From the NCBI GenBank assembly GCA_045837725.1, contig JBEWZL010000126.1:310001-374000 (forward strand): 64,000 nt of DNA, written 5' to 3'. The position numbers were made by a program, and so were the translations under genes. The notes beneath the pieces are model-generated. The model did not search any database. It had not been told where the DNA came from and was given only the letters and a program-made list of their open reading frames with translations. Positions 57,344 to 64,000 of this stretch are shown here, one piece after another. The first letter of the stretch is position 1; each line of letters begins with the position of its first letter. The stretch is from Vermamoeba vermiformis (lineage: Eukaryota).

Positions 57344-57972
57344 TTTTTGAAATTTTAGCTCGTGTCTTGCGTTTTCCTGCTCATGTAGCATATTAAAATA
57401 ACAAGTTGACGCAATTTTACCCGTGAGTAACCGCTTTATATTTTTGGGATTTTGGGGTTGAATTTTTTATTAATTTGTAATGAGTTTATAAAGCCTTATT
57501 GGACGTTCCTCGTTTATTATAGACTTGTAATAATGCAAGGAATATTGTAACTTACGTTATTTTTGTAAGCCAGTCACGATTGCAAAAGGGATAGAAAGTA
57601 AAACAACCGAGGGACTCTCAAGGATGATTTTCAGCTGTATTTATAACACGAACACAAGCACTATTATTTCAGCTGAAAATCAGGCAATTGTGGTGCCCTA
57701 GTGCTTGTTTCGAAAAAATTCAATAATTTTTATTTCCCGCCACATTAACACCACCCAGCCTGATTATAATATTGTTACCAATTCAATATTACACAAAATG
57801 TTTAAAATATTAATAATAACACCCGAGAAACACCTTTCCAAATCAGTTCCGATGTAAACTCGAAGAAATTTACTCTATAATTCGAATCATGGCTTTGCGC
57901 CCGTTCGAAAATGCTAAAGCACTGCTATTCTGAATTAAGAAGAGTTACAATATAACACAAAATCCCTCCATA

Positions 57973-59077
57973 ATGGCAGACGAAGCGCCGACAGCAACAG
58001 ATGTTGAAATTGGAACTACTCAAGCAAAACCTCAAGTAAGCACTATATAATATATTAATACTATCTAATATTAATAAGTCAATAATAAATTCACGGGTTA
58101 ATTACCAATAAATTCAAGAAAATTGTGCTGATATTTTTCGGATCGCAATTAACTAAATAATTCAAGGAGAAAAAGGACGAATATAAGAAGAAGCACAATT
58201 GGTGGCGACGAACTTACTTTCCACCTCGAAGCAAGTTTAATTACGGATTCGAGACTCCCAAATCTTTCTTCCACGTATGTAGCACTACTTATACGATATC
58301 TTTATCAACATATCTTATTATAGTCACTAGTGTAATTGTTGGTTGTAGCAAATTATTGACTTTTAGCCTTACAACAGAAAGCATTCAATCATTCACTCGT
58401 AGAAACAATCGGCGAGACTCCACCAACGTTTTTCAACGCTTTTTGGAGCTTTTTATCGTCATTTATAGGCATTTTAGTGATATCAGTCATATCTGCTTTT
58501 GGAACAGCCGAACATAACTTCAACATTTTATTTGCATTCGCTGGAGCCTCAGCGGTGTTACTATATGCTATTCCCGCAATGCCAGCAGCTCAACCGCGTC
58601 ACATGATTGCTGGCCACGTGATTTCAAGTGTCGTTAGTGTCACTGTGCGCGTGATTTTTGGCGGCGATAATTTGATCTGGCTGCAGGCACCTATTTCGGT
58701 CTCATTTTCTGTAAGTCACCGATACTCGTACAATCGAATAGCATCTCTATTTATTGAAGGGCGGCACTCTCATCTTAAGTTATGGCTTTCATGTCATTAA
58801 TCGCCTTTCACTCCCAGATTTTCTTCATGCAACTGACGGGTACGATAAATCCTCCTGGTGGAGCCGTAGCACTGTTTTATACGACAGTAAGTCTAGATGT
58901 CAATGAGTCTTCTATGTATTATGTTCTAAATATCATGAATAGGCCTCAGCACAGGTGCACAACAATTACTACTTGTATGTAGCGCAGTCATTGGTCTGCA
59001 TCTTAGTTTTGATCGTTGTCGCAGTCATTTTTGACAATCTGCCAAAATTTCAAAAATACCCGAAGAATTGGTTGTAA
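57973..59077 (+). CDS. HPP-family membrane transporter
   Basis: FAGASAVLLYAIPAMPAAQPR..GH, TINPPGGAVAL, YPKNW; 5 exons. Confidence 0.88.
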
Positions 59078-59232
59078 CCTTGTAAATAGCATAAATTATT
59101 ATTGTTTAGACTTTACTCGGAGCGGATCCATCGCGTGCTTTTTTGACACCAGAAATTTCCTTGGCTTTTGTTCATTTCATACCAAAAAGCGCAACACACA
59201 AGAGCAAGTACCATTATACATTATATTACGCA

Positions 59233-59930
59233 ATGGAATTAAAGGTTGGAGTGCTCACAGTCAGCGACCGATGCTTTAACAAACAAGCAACAGATGAGAG
59301 CGGGCCTGTCGTGGAGACATTAATTTCTAATAATAATGCATTATTCAAGCACTTTACTGGCGTAAAGATTGAGAAAGATATCGTTCCTGATGAAGCGGAA
59401 ATAATTTCAAACAAATTAATCGAATGGAGTGACAAGCAGCAATACCATTTGATTCTTACCACAGGAGGTACGTTTAAAATTATCAAAAAATATTTCGTCG
59501 CGTTGGAGAGTATAAAGATTCTGATCCTCGGACATAGGCACCGGATTTGCACCAAGAGACGTCACTCCCGAGGCAACCAAGGCCATATTACACAAAGAAG
59601 CCCCTGGCTTAGTTGTAAGTGCAATAGACTTTCAATTCCACACATGTAAACGATGAATTATTGACGAAAATACGACGTGCTAACAACACTTGTGCTTACG
59701 TACAGGTAGCTATGATTAGTGCCTCACTGGCGATTACCCCTCACGCCATGTTAGCAAGACCAACAGCTGGAGTACGCGGCAACACTCTCATCGTCAACTT
59801 GCCGGGCAGTCCTAAAGGCGCGAAGGAAAATCTCGAAGTCATAATGGCTGCCTTGCCTCACGCAGTGGCGCTCATTAATCAACTTAAGGGCAAGGACAAC
59901 CACGAGAAGAAAGCAGAGACTAAACACTAG
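59233..59930 (+). CDS. mogA: Molybdopterin adenylyltransferase (stand-alone MogA / gephyrin G domain)
   Basis: [43 protein letters not shown]. Confidence 0.92.
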
Positions 59931-60037
59931 AGAGGCTTGTATTATTTTATAAATAATTTACTATTTATTTTCTTGTTGTACTCACAGAAGTAAACAAGAC
60001 CCACTATTTATATTATAAATTCTATATTATAGCACGC

Positions 60038-63000
60038 TTAAGCGTAGAGGTGAGCAGCGTAAGCCTTGTAGTCGAAGCCCAAAGCAGAACCATCAGGGCC
60101 GTTGTAGACAGGCATGTTGGCAACCAAGAAAGTGACCTTCTCGGCGGGCAAAACGCGAGCCAAGTCGTCCTTGGTGACGAAGTCCTTGTCACCAGCAATA
60201 ACCTTGAAGGCTTCCTTGATGGAGTCGGCAGTATCGGTGGAGCTGTGCTTCTTCTTCATGTAGGTGACGAAGGCGTCGAAGTTGAGGACGCGGTTACCTT
60301 CTCTGTCTTCACCTTGTTGAGCAAGAACGGTGTCGAGCTCAGCGTCAGTAGGATCTTGACCCAAAGCTTGCAAGCAAGACTTGAGTTCCAACTTGGTGAG
60401 CACTTGGTCACCGTCCTTGTCGAAGTGGTTGAACATTTCCTTGAATTCGTTGAGCTCATCGCCGGAGACGTTGCCGTGCTTCTTGGAAATCAATTCGTTC
60501 TCCAACAAAGTGACAGTGCTGTCGGCAACGCTGTTCAACTTGTCCCACTTCATCTTGAGGCCTTCCAAAGTGAGTTCAGAGTGCTTGTTCTCGGTGATAC
60601 CAGCGGCATCAACCTTGCCACCGAGGGCAATCAAGTGGTCGAGCTTGCCGTGGTGGCTCTTGAGCTCTTGAGACAAAGCCTTGAGTTCAGCGACTTCATC
60701 TTCCAACTTGTTCTTGTCGACGGAGGAGGACTTCTCGTTGAGGCGAGACTCTTGAGCATCGACCCATTCGGAGAATTCCTTGGCGGCGTTGGCCCACTCG
60801 ACGCGGAGAGCTTCGTTCTCGGCTTGCTTGGTGGCCTCAGCAGCCAACAAAGCGCGGCGTTGCTCAACGTTGGCTTGAGTCTTGGACCACTTGCCGGACA
60901 AAGTGTCGAGGTCGTACTCGCTGTAGGTGGTTTCAGAGTGGCCAGTACCCTTGATTTGAGTGGCAAGCTCGTTGAGCTCGGCCAAAGAGGTTTGGAGTTC
61001 GTTCAAAGTAGAACCAACGAAGCCATCGAAAGCCACTTGCAAAGCGTGGACTTCTTCAACAGTGGAGACTGAGAAGGGATCCAACAAGACGTCATCAGCG
61101 TCTTCAATGACACGAGCGAAAACCTGCGCATATTATTAATGTACTGTTATAATTAATGTAATTCTATCAAGCTGACTTACAGTGCTCTTCTTGGCGAAAG
61201 TGAGCAAAAGCTCTTGGATTTGCTTTTGCTTATCCAACTCGGCTTGCAAGTCGGTCTTGCGTTGTTCGGCTCTGGTCTTCAATTTGCCCCACAAACCGCC
61301 CAATTCGGCGTATTTGTTCTGGCACCAAGTAGCCTCGGAGTGACCACCAGCGACGATTTCTTCCAAGATCTTCTCCAACTTGGTGAGCTTGTCGCTTTGA
61401 ATGGTGTAGTCCTCTTCGAAGGCTTCGTGGTTCTTCAATTTAGCCTCAATGGCGGCGATATCCTCGCCCAAACCATCGGACTCCATGAAGTTGAAGCGGG
61501 CGTTACCCCAAGCATCCAAAGCAGCGGCCTTGACCTTGAATCTGTTAACCAAGGAAGCCAAGTGCTTTTGTCTATTTAAAAATCGTTAATATACTGCCTA
61601 TAAATATTTGGTTGTACTAAATGAGTGTGACAACAGAATAATAAAATCCAAACGAGATCTCGTACCTCTTCAACTCCTCTCTCAAAGCAACACCACGCTC
61701 GTTTTCAGCGCGGTTAAGTTGGTTCCAGAGACGGTCAATATCTTCGGGGGCAAGACCAGCAGGAGGAACATAAGGAGAGCGCTTGTTCAATCTCAACTTG
61801 GTCTGCAAGTTGTTGTAAACGGATTCGACTTCGGTCTTCTCAGCGGCCTTAGGGGGCTTCTCAGTAGTCTTGAAGTGGTTGAATTTGCCGATTTCGTCCT
61901 ATACAAATTAATTCCGTTAGTTATCAATCAATCACGCGTAATAATTTCCTGTTTTGTGTTTCAATACAACGCGATTTTGTAACAAGTTGACATATTAAAG
62001 AAAATTAGCTTTAATGAGCGTGTAATGATTGCTAGCAAATATGTAAAGATTAGGGTACTTCTAGTAAAGCGGTAAAATAAATAAATTATTTTGGATGTAA
62101 TGTGCGAGTAAAATTCAATAAAGCGGTCTGCAACTTACTTGAATACCCTCGAGGTTGTGAGGGAAGTTGCGCTCGTCCAACTTAACGGTGTTGTGCTCGA
62201 TCCACTCGACCAACTCCTTAGCGCGAGTTTGGAACTCAAGCTTCAACTTTTCAGCGGCTTGAGCGAACTCAATAACGTTGGCGACGTTCTTGGCAGCAGC
62301 ATCAGCCTAAAGGTAATATCGTAATTAATAAAAAGATACGTGGCACATTTTCTGAAACGGATGAGACCAAAAGATTTTATCTTTACGAAGTTGAAAATTC
62401 ACCATTAATTAAGGCGAACAAATCTAATCTTTTAAATTGCAAGTTTATATCAAAAGATTATAATAATCGAATTTTAGGGATGAAGAAAGATTAATTTTAG
62501 GTGTTTAACGACCAGATTTAGAATCGTTACTTAAAGTTGCAAAAGGGTGTTTAACGCTTACCTTGCCGTAAGAAGCAAAGACGTGGTACATGGCAGCAAC
62601 GTAGGTCATGATGGAGCGCTCGTCAGGCTTGGGGAGATCGACAATATCCTTAGCGTCCAAGATCTTAGCAATACCGAGGTGCTTCTCAGCAACATCGAAG
62701 GCAAGTTCCAAGTTCTCGAGCTTGTTCTCCTTGGACAATGAATCGTAGTCGATCAAGTCGGGGCGGTGCTTGTGAATCAAAGCGCAGAAGGCCAAACCGT
62801 CCTGGAAGGACATATGGAAGTTCTGAACATTGACGTCTCTGTAGCCCTTAGTCTTCTTTTGGACCCACAAGAGCAAGGCTTCCTTGGCGGAGAGCTCTTC
62901 TTCAGAAATATCTTGAATCTGGAAGCGAAGAATGACGGTCCAAATTAAACCGAGAATCATCTTAGCGTTTTGATCGACAATTTCTTCGGGACCAGTACCA

Positions 63001-63296
63001 GGGAGCTTGACACCCTTGCTTTGAATGAACTTCAAGGCAATACCGTTGTTGGTGACTTGCTTGATTCGCATCTTGCCGGGATTCTTCTCGTAGCCGGTAA
63101 TGGTATCGCCGGAAATAACTTCGAGCAACTTAATCAACTTGATACCATCTTGGAAATCAGCGGCGAGATCCTCGATTTTGAGGCCGACTTTGCTGAGGTG
63201 AGAGTTGACCCAACCAGTAAAGGTTTTCTTTTGAATGCGTTCCCAAGTCTTCTCCAAGAGACCAGACGAGCTAACGGCAGTTTGGGTATCGGCCAT
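60038..63296 (-). CDS. ACTN: Alpha-actinin
   Basis: CH1/CH2 ([29 protein letters not shown]), spectrin repeats, EF hands (FDKDGD); 5 exons; strong C/T/G-ending codon bias. Confidence 0.97.
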
Positions 63297-64000
63297 TTTT
63301 CAAGATTACGTGGTATTCAAGAATGATAAAGAAAAGATAATGCAAAAAAAATGCAGGCTAAATCTTTTTTTTGTGGTCTAATTTTTGCGCACCAAATATT
63401 CGTGAAGGGAAAATTGACGAGCAAGTTGGACTCACAAAGCCCGCAAGAAGATATCGTATTGTGGTCGACTGTAATCTCGCGGGTGTATGGTCGAGTAAAA
63501 GCAAAGATTCTGTGTTTCGATATATCTCGATTCAATCTCCCTTATCAGCTTGGTTAAATATTCCCGTCTTGGACATTTAAGCGACTAGAAGATATGTGGA
63601 GGCATACATGTATCATAAGCGTGAGTTAGCGAACTAAAAAATTGAGGGAGCTAATTTTACCCCTTCCGGATTTAAATTTTGTTTGTATTTATATTCCTAG
63701 GTACGTTGCTGCAACATCGAGATGCCATTCAAAATAACCCGTTTTTTTCAATCAAGAGTAATGTTGCGGATCGCGAAAAGGGACCATACTTTTTAATCAA
63801 AGAAATTCTGTGCTATAACGGGACAAAAGGAGTACTAGCGTTGTGTACTCACAAGCGTGATTAGTGTAAATGACGGCTAACACTCGTCCTCTTATTTTAT
63901 AAAATTTAATTTGCCTCCCTGCTCGGGTTTTCCTTCAATTTTTTTTCAATTACAACTTTGTTATTGAACACATCACAATATTACATACGGACATATAATA

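Noticed and set aside
60050-61072. 340-aa plus-strand ORF and others antisense to actinin
   Set aside because: Shadow ORFs caused by the strong codon bias of a highly expressed gene.

Overview
Gene-dense, AT-rich eukaryotic DNA with many short GT-AG introns. It looks like a protist, and amoebozoan is the best guess (Dictyostelium-sized alpha-actinin, many F-box, small GTPase and GPI-anchored genes). About 30 protein-coding genes were spliced by hand: Vps34, SPRTN-like protease, three MAPEG paralogs, an Ig-like receptor, a DENN-ankyrin-DH/PH protein, D-cysteine desulfhydrase, SH3 proteins, RhoGAP, DeSI/PPPDE, four F-box genes, a Ras-like GTPase, GPI surface proteins, ATG27/MPR, FAX-type GST, DUF218, Got1, a TPR protein, an HPP transporter, stand-alone MogA and alpha-actinin. 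Main findings: (1) two paralogous F-box + small-GTPase fusions with a shared exon plan, altered G3 motifs and different membrane anchors (CaaX vs TM tail); (2) an AAG/MPG-glycosylase-like domain apparently joined to importin-alpha ARM repeats; (3) an intron-containing, bacterial-type nucleotidyltransferase-fold gene with a degenerate active site and an RVxF motif; (4) p97 VIM motifs in both SPRTN and DeSI. Several genes carry +1 frame breaks or premature TAA codons, and there is a garbled purine-rich patch at ~43.5-43.9 kb, so assembly error must be excluded. No rRNA, tRNA, CRISPR array or transposon was recognised. All family calls come from motif recognition by eye, not database searches.
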